Positions 28,201-37,189 of a stretch of DNA of 64,000 nucleotides are shown in pieces. The translations under genes and the position numbers were made by a program. The notes beneath the pieces are model-generated. The model was not told the origin of the DNA. It made no database searches and saw only the letters and a program-made list of their open reading frames with translations. The stretch is from the sequence record MK774614.2, one strand, 5' to 3'. Each line of letters starts with the position of its first letter. Position 1 is the first letter of the stretch.

Positions 28201-28471
28201 GTTTGTATTTCAGCATCCCGACGCGATAACGATCAACTGTCCGTTTGTTACGCTGAGATGTTAAGTGTTCAAGGATCCATGCAAACTCCACCATGAAGAA
28301 CCGGTGGATCCGAAATGACCTTGCACTAAGCCTGGTAATAATCCGGCTAAAGATAACACTTGTTCCGAAGTTGGACTTTAGGTCACTTTCAATAGCTTGA
28401 ACATTAATACCAGCAACAACATAATAAGAACCAACTTCTTCAACTTGGGGTGAAAAATGGAAAAAACTCAT
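25277..28471 (-). CDS. SNF2/DEAD-like (SF2) helicase precursor with intein
   Basis: Walker A DATVGSGK/S split by the intein; LIVDESH; LMSGTP; QTIARIYRRGQ; 706 aa after splicing. Confidence 0.9.
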   Translation of the reverse strand: MSFFHFSPQVEEVGSYYVVAGINVQAIESDLKSNFGTSVIFSRIITRLSARSFRIHRFFMVEFAWILEHLTSQRNKRTVDRYRVGMLKYKQLFDEVKEKTWIKSTYEQYPTYDIDKALKDFKITPYTDQREFLEDYSRIKYGYRLKGCLLDATVGSGKAQPLSSKIKVPGGWTTMGEIQVGDVITGGDGKPTNVVAIFPQGTKDIYELTSADGRKCRATLDHVWNVWKEFNKGGKWVQMTTQEIINRRAVSSRFLKQTFIPMFEPEDSEDRPLPVDPWAMGALLGDGGLSQRDITFTSGDEFVLNKLAERLGDQFLVRKKPGSTNPYNYRIISNPKSRSMQSILRELDLMGKLSVEKSIPEEYMNGSIEQRWELLRGLMDTDGSAEISGKSKLNGVNNGSPTFNTSSEKLAKQVQELVWSLGGYASVTSRIPKFTYKGESKLGERAYRVWIRIRSPKRCFSLPRQMERVPEETQYSKTLKIKIDKIELVGSEPAQCIKVDNESELYVTDDYMVTHNSPTSLIWSAMISKFKTFIICPRNLITTPWLLEIDKAFKTPKKVWTSIDGTDILNHTDADIFIIHKEQLRDTNWDVAIRAITKNGKEPAKLIVDESHNYNEPNSQQSSGLISFGRNPNISDVLLMSGTPIKAQGKETYTLFAIIDDFFDDKVRGSFVKMYGRDNRYLNEMLAHRLGRIKFTISTITEMNTPPEPVVVKVSFPGAEKYTLNNIRTDMLDFITERINFYRQNMPTYIDDWERVVKSYKELIWKDKVALEELNKYISIVNYFRTYGYNNFQDADKSKFAGQVEKEIERNLKGEELKYFRHIKSAVKYVGLKIRGEALGRVLGKARMAAVRDTIVHAELPKLINAVKKKTMIYTSYVEVIKELEDYFETEGMNSISVFGENSKEIDQVVDTFTKDKTVNPLITTFATLREGKPMLMANQIILMNSPFRSFELKQTIARIYRRGQDEECFVYLIDLDTGSEENITSRSIDIMQWSAEQVDQLLGGGKFPGQNLRGFTTRAVGGFESAEYVWDIAGLEHHLDIDLDDVEPVSLTCQQRTTLGDIF
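26924..27997 (-). mobile_element. Intein (358 aa, Ala1, class-3 W-C-T signature) with LAGLIDADG endonuclease
   Basis: Begins AQPLSS; block B ATLDHVW; GALLGDG and RGLMDTDG; block F AQCIKV; ends VTHN followed by Ser. Confidence 0.9.
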
Positions 28472-28559
28472 AAGGCGACCTTTTTATATCAAGGTGTTAA
28501 TTAGATCAATACCAGCGAAACAATAATACGTACCGTCAATTAATTTGTGGAGAATCATT

Positions 28560-29672
28560 GTGGCTATATTAGATGAATTGAAATTTGTTGATGTCCTAAT
28601 GGCATTGGGAATGGTCTTACCAAAAACCATTACGGTTGAAACGAAAACATTGGAATCTGGAGACGTCATAGCATCTGCTGGCGCGCATGGGTTTCAAGTA
28701 AAACCGGATGCGTGGACTAAGTTTTGCAATAACGTGAACAATGACAAAGTCGATGCCATTGCTGGGATGATGGAGTCGATGTACTCCGGTGTTAAATACA
28801 TTGCTGTAGAAGTCCCTGAAACGCAGCAGGAAGAGATTCTTCCTTCGGTAGTAGAGAACCTTACCGAACTTCCTGATAACATCACAGATGCAATTACACA
28901 GCGTGTTTCGACAATTATCTCCATCGCTGGTGTCAATATGCGCAAGATCGCGACATTGATTAACCACCAGATTGTACGTGTGGCTGAAGATGGCAACATT
29001 GTCAAGGACTTCGATGCCATTTTGTCATTTGATTTTGAAGAGGACGAAAGTAAACCGTTTAAACTCTTCGTGTGTTTTGACAAAATTCCTGCAACGTATG
29101 AGAAGGAAACGGTAGTAGAAGTTGTCAGAACACCCATGAGCAAAGAAGATAAAACGCTGTATCTGGGTGAACACCTTGGTGCTATTGAACAAGGCTTAAC
29201 TGAAATCTGTGACGCGGTAAATAACCTGTATCAAAGTAAGTTGGTGAGCTTTTCTAATCTGGCGATTGAATTTGCTAAGGGTCTTATCAAAGGTGCATTG
29301 ATTGTTCCCTTCCTTGATCAAACCCCGAAGTTCGTAAGCTTTGGTGGGGTAGATAACTGGCGTTTATTTGGTGACCTTACGCCCAACTCTGAAGCGTGTC
29401 ATAAACTACTGGATCAAGAAGTAGAGTATCTGGTAACCTATCTGAAAGAATACACTGTCCCTGATAGTGTTGAACTTCACGGACACCCAAATATTCTCTC
29501 TATCGATCTTCAACACTTAGGTGTTTATGCACGAGATGAGCATAACAAAGTCCTCTCTGGTAACTTGGAAGAAGCGTCTGCGCACTTACAAGGACGATGG
29601 TCAGAAGGGTTTGCAGAATTGTTAAAACTTCGCCTGGCTCAAAATGACAGTCGTCATTGTTTCTATCTATAA
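28560..29672 (+). CDS. Hypothetical protein
   Basis: Long ORF; GTG 28560 after GGAGA; start uncertain. Confidence 0.7.
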   Translation: MAILDELKFVDVLMALGMVLPKTITVETKTLESGDVIASAGAHGFQVKPDAWTKFCNNVNNDKVDAIAGMMESMYSGVKYIAVEVPETQQEEILPSVVENLTELPDNITDAITQRVSTIISIAGVNMRKIATLINHQIVRVAEDGNIVKDFDAILSFDFEEDESKPFKLFVCFDKIPATYEKETVVEVVRTPMSKEDKTLYLGEHLGAIEQGLTEICDAVNNLYQSKLVSFSNLAIEFAKGLIKGALIVPFLDQTPKFVSFGGVDNWRLFGDLTPNSEACHKLLDQEVEYLVTYLKEYTVPDSVELHGHPNILSIDLQHLGVYARDEHNKVLSGNLEEASAHLQGRWSEGFAELLKLRLAQNDSRHCFYL

Positions 29673-29680
29673 CTAAACAA

Positions 29681-29714
29681 ATTCCTAGGAGAACCAAACG
29701 GCTCTCCTAGGAAT
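29681..29714. terminator. Bidirectional terminator
   Basis: attcctaggaga/tctcctaggaat stem between convergent genes. Confidence 0.7.
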
Positions 29715-29726
29715 AGATGATGTGTG

Positions 29727-30509
29727 TTAACTTAACTTTTTAAGTTGTTCAACTTGCTGCCCAAAAACAGACGTGAGCTCAGTAATATAAGTCAACATTT
29801 CACCGACGAACTTAGCGTTTTCATGCATCAGCTTAATGGCTTCATTCAGGTTAGAACGCTCCAAGTCGTTAAGGATAATTTCAGAGTCATCGACTTTGCG
29901 TTTGATCAGTTTTAGGATATCGAGCACCATGTCCATGTTCTTGCTCAAAACTTCCGCATCTCGAGATTTAAGGGTCGAGACTTCCTGATTAAACCGTTGG
30001 GTAATTGAATTTAACTCGCCCCAGTTCACATAGAGTTCACTGACTGGTCGAGTATAAACTTTAGAGTCGACGATCTTATTGATAACCTCTTGACGAAGTT
30101 CATTAATGGCAACAATGTGATGACCGGTTCGAAGAGAGTGGACCACCTGACCTTTTGCTGCGGTTTGCTTTAATCCACGATACAGATCTTCAGCTTGCGT
30201 GTTGACTAATTTGAGTGCACCAATTCCTTGGAGGACCAATTCCACGTAGTCTTTAAAAGACAAACGCTTGGCGTCAAAAAACACTGGGGAAGCGATGTGT
30301 TTGAAAGAAACATTAAAGTAATTATTACGGGTCGTAAGGAGCTTGACCACATCGTCTACTTTAACAGTGTGAATAGATTTATTGAAAGCTTTTGCATTAA
30401 AACGATCAACACTGACGGACAACTCCGTCATGAACAATTTTAAGCGCTCGCCGACACTCAGGTCTTCTGAACCTTGAATATTATCCAGATCAAAAACATT
30501 AATGGTCAT
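29727..30509 (-). CDS. Hypothetical helical protein (possibly virion)
   Basis: Long ORF; start set at ATG 30509 (uncertain). Confidence 0.6.
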   Translation of the reverse strand: MTINVFDLDNIQGSEDLSVGERLKLFMTELSVSVDRFNAKAFNKSIHTVKVDDVVKLLTTRNNYFNVSFKHIASPVFFDAKRLSFKDYVELVLQGIGALKLVNTQAEDLYRGLKQTAAKGQVVHSLRTGHHIVAINELRQEVINKIVDSKVYTRPVSELYVNWGELNSITQRFNQEVSTLKSRDAEVLSKNMDMVLDILKLIKRKVDDSEIILNDLERSNLNEAIKLMHENAKFVGEMLTYITELTSVFGQQVEQLKKLS

Positions 30510-30563
30510 GGCGGGTAATCCCATATATTGGTTAATAATACATAACATTTGAACGAGGATAAC

Positions 30564-32030
30564 ATGCTTCCTGCATTGAGTTTCATGAAAGAGTACGGAG
30601 CAGAATCAAATCTGCAAATCGGTCTGCAAGTTTCTCCTATTTTTGATTTGTTAACTACCAGCATGATCAAAGGTCACGATGACGTCTGGTACATGAATGG
30701 CGGACTGATGCCTATCAACGCCTTGGCAGGCGGGAATAACACCCAAAAGACCGGCCGAACCGTTAAAGACGTCGCAGCACTGTTGTTTCGTTTTGCTAAA
30801 TCTATTGTGCTTTATGGCGACACGGAATCCACTTTAGACATTTCTCGACTCGCTGATGAGGTAGATCGCCTGTTTGGTATTGAAGGGTATTTTGAAGATA
30901 ACATCGAAGATAAACGTTTCTTCTATATGCCTAACTCTGCAGGCATTGATGGCACTGAACAACACAACCGGGTTCTTGAGATCTACAAGAACATCATGGC
31001 GCTCAGTGAATCCAAAGATAAAGCAGAACAAGAAGCCTATCAAGCACTCTTTTTGGACACTCCATTCCAAAGTAGAAAAACTGGTAAACGTATTCAAACC
31101 CATCACCCCATTTTGTTTATCTGTGATTCCATCTCAGAAGTGATGTTTGACAAGTTGATGTTCAAGCAGTTTGATGAAGGAGAAATGGATGAAGGCGGTA
31201 AGAAGCGGACCCGGGATATGGAGATCGGAAACCTGCGTCGTATTCTGATGAATGACGTTTGTATTCTGGGCCCTCGAGTTGGTCTTCGTTCTTATTGGAT
31301 TGCCCAGTCTGCTGACGTGATCAATATGGACGGGAAGCCCAAAGAGAAAGATTCCACGTTCCTTCGTCATAATAAGAAACTGGCGGCTCCTAAAGCCATG
31401 CTGAAATTGCCACACATCGGGATTGAAATTATTAAAGGGACAGTGCTCAAGCAACCTGATCACTCTGTGTTCTACCCCCGTGGTAAAGAGTCACAGATTT
31501 GTGCAAACGCTAAGAGCAACCCAGAGTTGGTTGAATACTTCACCACCACCTTTAGAAACAAGTCTGGTAAATCTGGTGGAGATATTTCCTTTATAGGTTC
31601 TCAGGAACAGGGGATCCTTGAACCACTTTCTATGTATCATGCATTGAAAGAGAACAAGTATTTCGGATTGAATGGTTCAGCAGTTCGCCATCAGTGTGCA
31701 CTAATGCCTGATGAAACCATGATGCGGACCACAGTGCGTGATATGCTGGAAGGTCCGGATGCAAATAAGAAACTGTGCCGCGCTATTGAAATCTGTTATC
31801 AGCTTTGGTACATGCAGACCTTTTGGGATGATTTTCCTAGCGAGTGGCGTATTACCCCAACCGAAGTGTACGAAAAGCTCAAAGAGCAAGGTGTGGATAT
31901 CGACGACATTCTCGAGAACACTGTGTACTTCTGGCATGATAACCCAGAGTTTATCAAAGCACACACCTTGACCATTTACGAGTTGATGGAAATTGCTGTC
32001 AACAAGAAAAAACCTTATTGGAAAAAATAA
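30564..32030 (+). CDS. uvsX: UvsX/RecA-like ATPase (phiKZ family)
   Basis: GAGG RBS; variant P-loop GGNNTQKT, YGDTE, Walker B FICDS; synteny with the vRNAP beta C-terminal subunit. Confidence 0.6.
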   Translation: MLPALSFMKEYGAESNLQIGLQVSPIFDLLTTSMIKGHDDVWYMNGGLMPINALAGGNNTQKTGRTVKDVAALLFRFAKSIVLYGDTESTLDISRLADEVDRLFGIEGYFEDNIEDKRFFYMPNSAGIDGTEQHNRVLEIYKNIMALSESKDKAEQEAYQALFLDTPFQSRKTGKRIQTHHPILFICDSISEVMFDKLMFKQFDEGEMDEGGKKRTRDMEIGNLRRILMNDVCILGPRVGLRSYWIAQSADVINMDGKPKEKDSTFLRHNKKLAAPKAMLKLPHIGIEIIKGTVLKQPDHSVFYPRGKESQICANAKSNPELVEYFTTTFRNKSGKSGGDISFIGSQEQGILEPLSMYHALKENKYFGLNGSAVRHQCALMPDETMMRTTVRDMLEGPDANKKLCRAIEICYQLWYMQTFWDDFPSEWRITPTEVYEKLKEQGVDIDDILENTVYFWHDNPEFIKAHTLTIYELMEIAVNKKKPYWKK

Positions 32031-32032
32031 CA

Positions 32033-32386
32033 ATGTACTACGACTATTCTGTATTGGTGATCGCTGAACCTGATTTTGTTCATAAAGTAAAGGATGCGCA
32101 AGAGTATCTTAATCGGCTTACTGTTTTTCTCAGTAAACGTGCGGGGGAAACTCCGCTTCGCATGGTAACAGTGGCGGGTAAATACGCGTTCCCGGGACTG
32201 GATCAACAACCCACTGATGATCGCAATAAAACCGCGTTCGTTAAATCGATCGATGATTATTTGACCCAGCTTAATGAGATCGTGTTTGTTGCGAACTTTC
32301 AGGCTGATCCTTTCATTGATGCCGTCTCTACTCGCGCGACCGAAGCGCAAAAGAGCACGACAATGTACGGGTATGAGAAAAAGTGA
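32033..32386 (+). CDS. Hypothetical protein
   Basis: ORF coupled between the UvsX-like and RNAP genes. Confidence 0.65.
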   Translation: MYYDYSVLVIAEPDFVHKVKDAQEYLNRLTVFLSKRAGETPLRMVTVAGKYAFPGLDQQPTDDRNKTAFVKSIDDYLTQLNEIVFVANFQADPFIDAVSTRATEAQKSTTMYGYEKK

Positions 32387-33057
32387 TGAAACACAGAAAA
32401 GAGATCGAACATGATATTCTTTTCTTAGCAAGTAAATTTACTCCCGGTGGTGAAGGTCACCGGATTTACACAGATCTGTTTAAAGCCATGAGCGATGAAC
32501 AGTTTAAAGTGTTCTGGAATTCAGTGGTAGACAATAACTTTATTCCCATGTTTGTGGATAACTACGAGAATAAAGAAGCCATTAATTACGACCACATGTG
32601 TAAACTTGCTAAGAGCTTGGACATTCCGCTAGAACAGCAACTGGTAATCGTTGATCCAGACAGTGGTCTGGAATTCGTGACGCCTGAAACGGCAATTGTA
32701 GGATATGCTGAATCGCGTAAACAACGTCAGTTACTGGCTAAAAAGTTTGGCGCAAGTAAACATGACCACGAAATAGAGGACCTTACCGGACAACCAACAG
32801 GCGACTCTAAGGCAGGTGGTATTTCTAACCCAGAGATTCAAGTACTGCTATCGCTTGGGTTAAAGACCATGGCCAAAGAGCTAGCTGATGTGCGTGGTGG
32901 TGACACCGGTGCGTATCGCGCTTATAAAGGTGACTTGCTTCAAACAGGCAGTACCACTACTCAAGCAAGTCTTACTCGCGGAACGGGGGTCAAGTCATTG
33001 AAGACGGCACATTTCCTATTGCGTGCACAGTTGCTTGACAACAACTTAGGGAGCTAA
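32383..33057 (+). CDS. Virion RNA polymerase beta subunit, C-terminal part (phiKZ gp149-like)
   Basis: QLLAKKFGAS...LTGQPTGDSKAGGISNPE parallels beta DKIHARS...TQQP-GG--GG---GEME. Confidence 0.75.
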   Translation: MMKHRKEIEHDILFLASKFTPGGEGHRIYTDLFKAMSDEQFKVFWNSVVDNNFIPMFVDNYENKEAINYDHMCKLAKSLDIPLEQQLVIVDPDSGLEFVTPETAIVGYAESRKQRQLLAKKFGASKHDHEIEDLTGQPTGDSKAGGISNPEIQVLLSLGLKTMAKELADVRGGDTGAYRAYKGDLLQTGSTTTQASLTRGTGVKSLKTAHFLLRAQLLDNNLGS

Positions 33058-33058
33058 C

Positions 33059-33556
33059 ATGTTTGGACGTCGTATGCCTTTTGGGGCGGTCGCTGACGAA
33101 GATCTGGAACAACCGCAAGAAACCCGTCCCGTTTTCTTTGATCCTGTAGAACAACTTGTTAACGACATTGCGCTTGAAATGAAATTAGAAAGTGCAAACA
33201 ACTCGGGAGGTGTCCAGTTCTGGGCACAGCTTAATGGTCGGTTATTTGAAACCAGTATCGGGTCGTTTAGCGAAGAGGTGGTTGGCTTTAGAGATTACCT
33301 TGCCAGCAATAAAGACACCTACGACTATGCAGTTCGTTTCATGATTCGTATACACTCTAAAGTGTATGCAGAAGAAGCGATTAACACCATTGGGAAAAGC
33401 TTTGAAGCGTTGAGTATTCCATTGGGGATTGGGGATGTCACAGGAATCTCTTTTTCAACTCTGGATGCGTTTTCAAAGATCTTGATGTTTATTGCGGTGA
33501 ATAAGCCGATCTTAGGAGCACTGGTATTGACAGGTCCGCTTAAGCGAGGTGAGTGA
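33059..33556 (+). CDS. Hypothetical protein
   Basis: 165-aa ORF with GGAG RBS. Confidence 0.7.
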   Translation: MFGRRMPFGAVADEDLEQPQETRPVFFDPVEQLVNDIALEMKLESANNSGGVQFWAQLNGRLFETSIGSFSEEVVGFRDYLASNKDTYDYAVRFMIRIHSKVYAEEAINTIGKSFEALSIPLGIGDVTGISFSTLDAFSKILMFIAVNKPILGALVLTGPLKRGE

Positions 33557-34287
33557 TGGCTATTAAGATCTACACGGAACTTGACTCTCTGTGGGATACA
33601 CGCAGAATGATTTTGCGTAAACTCGCCATTGAAACAGGACACCCGCATTTTGATTGGGATCGTCACTTTGCTGAGATTTATAAACGTCGTAAATATGACA
33701 TTTTTGATTACCCAGAATTTGGGTTTTCTGAACAAGCGTTTATTGATCGTTATGCAAAACGCAGCAAAGAAGATTGGGTTGATGAAGTTGATGTCTATGC
33801 TTTGCCCAGTAAGTTGATCAAACACTTATTTGGAATTGTACGGGAGTTAGAATTTGGTGTAGGAAAGATGCTTCAGACAGACTCGTTCTATCTGACGATT
33901 AACACCTTCCCCTACCAGCTCACCGCTGCTGAACAAGATGAGTTGGAACGTGTTATACGTGGTGCAATCAAGTTTCACGTATATCTGGATTTTGTTTACC
34001 TTGAACAGGAAAAACAAATTCCAGAAACACTTCACACTTATCATTATCTTTTCAAGTACAACTTCCTTGTCTCAGAAGACATGAAAGAATACTGGAAACG
34101 ATACGGACCTTCAGGCATGACTGAAGTGAAATTCATCGTACCCGAGCTACTGGCTCGTAAAGAAGATCTCCCAATAGGTATGGAAGAGGAAACTCCGAAA
34201 TCGCTTATTAGTAAAATCAATGCTTGGCAAGGTGGTAAAATCACCATTGTAGGTATTCCTGTCTCAATATTCGACTATGCCGAATAG
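33556..34287 (+). CDS. Hypothetical protein
   Basis: GAGG RBS; coupled to the upstream gene. Confidence 0.7.
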   Translation: MAIKIYTELDSLWDTRRMILRKLAIETGHPHFDWDRHFAEIYKRRKYDIFDYPEFGFSEQAFIDRYAKRSKEDWVDEVDVYALPSKLIKHLFGIVRELEFGVGKMLQTDSFYLTINTFPYQLTAAEQDELERVIRGAIKFHVYLDFVYLEQEKQIPETLHTYHYLFKYNFLVSEDMKEYWKRYGPSGMTEVKFIVPELLARKEDLPIGMEEETPKSLISKINAWQGGKITIVGIPVSIFDYAE

Positions 34288-34292
34288 AGTAA

Positions 34293-34321
34293 CCTCCAGA
34301 GAGCCAAAAGCTCTCTGGAGG
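34293..34321. terminator. Bidirectional terminator
   Basis: 12-bp stem between convergent genes. Confidence 0.7.
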
Positions 34322-34339
34322 GTTTAAGTGTTTTGTTGT

Positions 34340-34879
34340 TTAATCAAAGGTCGCTTCAATTTCCGCAATATCAATTTCTGTTCGTCCCTGGTCCAATTCC
34401 CCTTCATTGATTTGTTCATCAATAGAGAGTTCAGTCAACGGTTTTAACGGATCCAAGACTAGTGCCATCCCAGCGTAAGTTGGGAGTTTGAGTTTCCCGC
34501 TGGTCACTTCATTGAGCGCATTGATGAAAGTTCCAAAGTTTGCTTTGTTATCTTCAAGCTCCCGATCCTTCAATTTCTCTTTTCTGTTTTCGCGAATTGT
34601 CTTTTCCATCCCAGCTAATAAAGTGTTGATAGAATCAAGCAATTTGGAGTTACTAGGCTTCTTGATGAAGGTCGCCGTGGCCACATCTAACATCAATCGA
34701 CGATTACGTTGAACACAATCAATGAGTTCAGATTCTGCTTCTTTTGTATTGCCTTTGTCCAGAATCGTTTGGAGCTGGGCCATCAATTCGTCTTTGGTTT
34801 TTAATTGCAAATCAGCTGGGGTATTTTCAATTGGCTGAGGGAGGATGCCGCTGTCCTCCATGTCATCATCACTGTACAT
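34340..34879 (-). CDS. Hypothetical protein
   Basis: AGGA RBS before ATG 34879. Confidence 0.7.
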   Translation of the reverse strand: MYSDDDMEDSGILPQPIENTPADLQLKTKDELMAQLQTILDKGNTKEAESELIDCVQRNRRLMLDVATATFIKKPSNSKLLDSINTLLAGMEKTIRENRKEKLKDRELEDNKANFGTFINALNEVTSGKLKLPTYAGMALVLDPLKPLTELSIDEQINEGELDQGRTEIDIAEIEATFD

Positions 34880-34889
34880 TATTTCAGTC

Positions 34890-34914
34890 CTATAATAATT
34901 CAAGTAGATATTAT
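34890..34914 (+). promoter_or_regulatory. Putative phage early promoter
   Basis: ctataataattcaagtagatattat in a divergent intergenic gap. Confidence 0.65.
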
Positions 34915-34971
34915 CACTGTGTATGAACCACAGTGGAGTTTTCAAATTTAGATCAAAAAGGTAAAGCCACT

Positions 34972-35529
34972 ATGCTCAAGAAATTTTTAATGCTGTTCAG
35001 CTTCTTTAGAAAACGAGAAATCAAGAAACTACGGGAACAACTGGCTGCTATTAAGCAAGATTTTACAGGAGGGTATTTCAATAACGTCTACATAGTCGCT
35101 TTGCACAGTATCCTCAAAAGCCCTGTGGTGTCGTTTAAAGAAGAGTTAGTACATGGGTCATTGGATCATATTGCTGTGCATTCAAAGACTTCTATGGAGG
35201 CTCTGAAGAGCTTAAATAAGTTAGATCATCGCTTGAGTGATTTAACTACTAGTCCGTCGGTGTCGCCCAATCAAAAGAGTAAACACTTTGGTGATTGGTA
35301 TGCGAGTGAACAGACAGTGACAGAGTTCGTGTTAGGAATGAACTATTTCCTCACTAAACAAGTCGCAACGTTTGATTCCCCGTTAACACCTTTGGGAGAA
35401 CAAGTCATTATCGTCAGCATGGACGAAAAAGAAGAACACTTCTTAGAAGGTCTATTATATAGACTTTTGTTAGTCGATGTTGCCTTCATATTAGACTTCT
35501 ACTTAGAGAGCGCTTATGAAAAAGAATAG
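34972..35529 (+). CDS. Hypothetical protein
   Basis: AAAGG RBS before ATG 34972. Confidence 0.65.
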   Translation: MLKKFLMLFSFFRKREIKKLREQLAAIKQDFTGGYFNNVYIVALHSILKSPVVSFKEELVHGSLDHIAVHSKTSMEALKSLNKLDHRLSDLTTSPSVSPNQKSKHFGDWYASEQTVTEFVLGMNYFLTKQVATFDSPLTPLGEQVIIVSMDEKEEHFLEGLLYRLLLVDVAFILDFYLESAYEKE

Positions 35530-35944
35530 CAAAGAAAGGGGCACCGCGAATTTCGGTACAAATAAAAACTATATACCTACCGAACAGTTAACAGATACAC
35601 CGGCACGGCTTTACAGAAAGATCTTGGATAAGTTGGGGATGAACATGGCCATGTGGAAGTCGTACATGACTGACCACTTGCGATTCATACACCCCGACGA
35701 TTCCGGCACACCTATGGAAGTGAAGAAGGCAAGGGGAACGTCTCTTGGAAACGCTAATAGTGCATACTTCTTCTCTAAGACTCTGAGTTTTAACAAGCTC
35801 ATTGAAGGGCTTAAAATCATCAAGGTCAAACGGGTGACTGTCAAGATCGAGTATGAATTGGAAACAGGTGATGTGTACGAAGTCAGTGAAACGTCTTACT
35901 TGCGTCCTAGCCGTGGTCCGATATTAGAAGACAAGGACGAGTAG
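35516..35944 (+). CDS. Hypothetical basic protein
   Basis: 142-aa ORF followed by a terminator. Confidence 0.7.
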   Translation: MKKNSKERGTANFGTNKNYIPTEQLTDTPARLYRKILDKLGMNMAMWKSYMTDHLRFIHPDDSGTPMEVKKARGTSLGNANSAYFFSKTLSFNKLIEGLKIIKVKRVTVKIEYELETGDVYEVSETSYLRPSRGPILEDKDE

Positions 35945-35952
35945 TTCGTCTG

Positions 35953-35982
35953 CTGTTACCCCAACTTAAGTTGGGGTAACAG
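35953..35982 (+). terminator. Terminator-like palindrome
   Basis: ctgttaccccaact/agttggggtaacag followed by a T-rich tract. Confidence 0.7.
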
Positions 35983-36018
35983 TTCTCTCTATCTCTTTTA
36001 TTTTTGTAAGGATAAAAA

Positions 36019-37131
36019 ATGACGTTACTGCAAAAGAATAACACCTTTTTAGGGGTGGATGCGGAAAACCCAATTAACGCACTCAGTAAAAGCATCGGGG
36101 ACTCTATTTCAGGGTTAACCTCCCAGCTAACCAACCCGTTAAAATCAGTAGGGGAAGCGACCAACTCTGGAGTGGCGTTGGTTAGTGAAAGTGACAGCAA
36201 ATTGACTAATGCGCTGACCACGTTTAAATCCATCAACATTGATAAGATTATTCAGGGTGCAAGTGACTTAGTTGGAGGGATTTTAAACAATCCCCAATTA
36301 GGAAACGTGCTAAGCTACGAAGATGGATTTAAAGTCAATAGTAGTGAGTTGCTTCGTATTGCTTCCCAAGGATTAGGATTTAACGTTGGGTCTTCTTCTG
36401 ATATTAAACAGCTCATGGGGGACGAGTTCTTAAAAGAGCTGGATTCCATGACCGGTGGGTTAAGTAACGGATTGTTCTTTGCCGACGGAACCAAGGTTGG
36501 GATTCGGGATGGTTGGGAGATGAGTGTTGGAGAATCGCTCATCAGTTTTATTGGACGTGAGAACAGTGCCTTTGCGGGGATTGTTAACATCGCGGGTGTA
36601 AACGCTGTATTGAACACGATGATACGTCAGGCTGCTGAAAACGCCATGTATCAAAGTTATGACTCCTTTGGTGAACAATACCTTTTCCAATCAGATTACC
36701 ATGATGCGATTATCAACTCCATGGAATACTGTATTGCTCGAGGTGATCTGCAATCCATTAATAAAATGTTGGAGATTATTGGAACAGAAGGATTAAATAA
36801 GGTCAGAGCCCAATATCCTGATTTGATTGAACGTACTCTTGCTGGATTTTACTTTACCAGTAATACTTATCCCGAGGATTATCCACAATTAGCGACATTA
36901 TTAAACCAATTGCTGGTTACTGTAGGAGGTCCCAGTTGGTATCAAACGTCAACAGAGTTTGGAATGGTCACTAATTTAGCCACAATCAACTCAATTAGTA
37001 CAGATGCAAAACTGTTACTGGGAACATTTCCGCAATACCACCCTTTATTATGCGCAGCAGGAATCTATGGCGAGCAAAGCGCTATAGATGTATTTTTGAA
37101 AGACTTTCCAAAAGCAGTTGCGTGGCAATAA
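36019..37131 (+). CDS. Probable virion structural protein
   Basis: 370-aa ORF with AAGGA RBS, next to the tail module; role inferred. Confidence 0.55.
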   Translation: MTLLQKNNTFLGVDAENPINALSKSIGDSISGLTSQLTNPLKSVGEATNSGVALVSESDSKLTNALTTFKSINIDKIIQGASDLVGGILNNPQLGNVLSYEDGFKVNSSELLRIASQGLGFNVGSSSDIKQLMGDEFLKELDSMTGGLSNGLFFADGTKVGIRDGWEMSVGESLISFIGRENSAFAGIVNIAGVNAVLNTMIRQAAENAMYQSYDSFGEQYLFQSDYHDAIINSMEYCIARGDLQSINKMLEIIGTEGLNKVRAQYPDLIERTLAGFYFTSNTYPEDYPQLATLLNQLLVTVGGPSWYQTSTEFGMVTNLATINSISTDAKLLLGTFPQYHPLLCAAGIYGEQSAIDVFLKDFPKAVAWQ

Positions 37132-37141
37132 TACAAAAGAA

Positions 37142-37176
37142 ATTCTCTCTGACTCCCAAAAGGAGTCAGAGAGAAT
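37142..37176. terminator. Bidirectional terminator
   Basis: 15-bp stem between convergent genes. Confidence 0.75.
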
Positions 37177-37189
37177 CAACTGTTTTATT

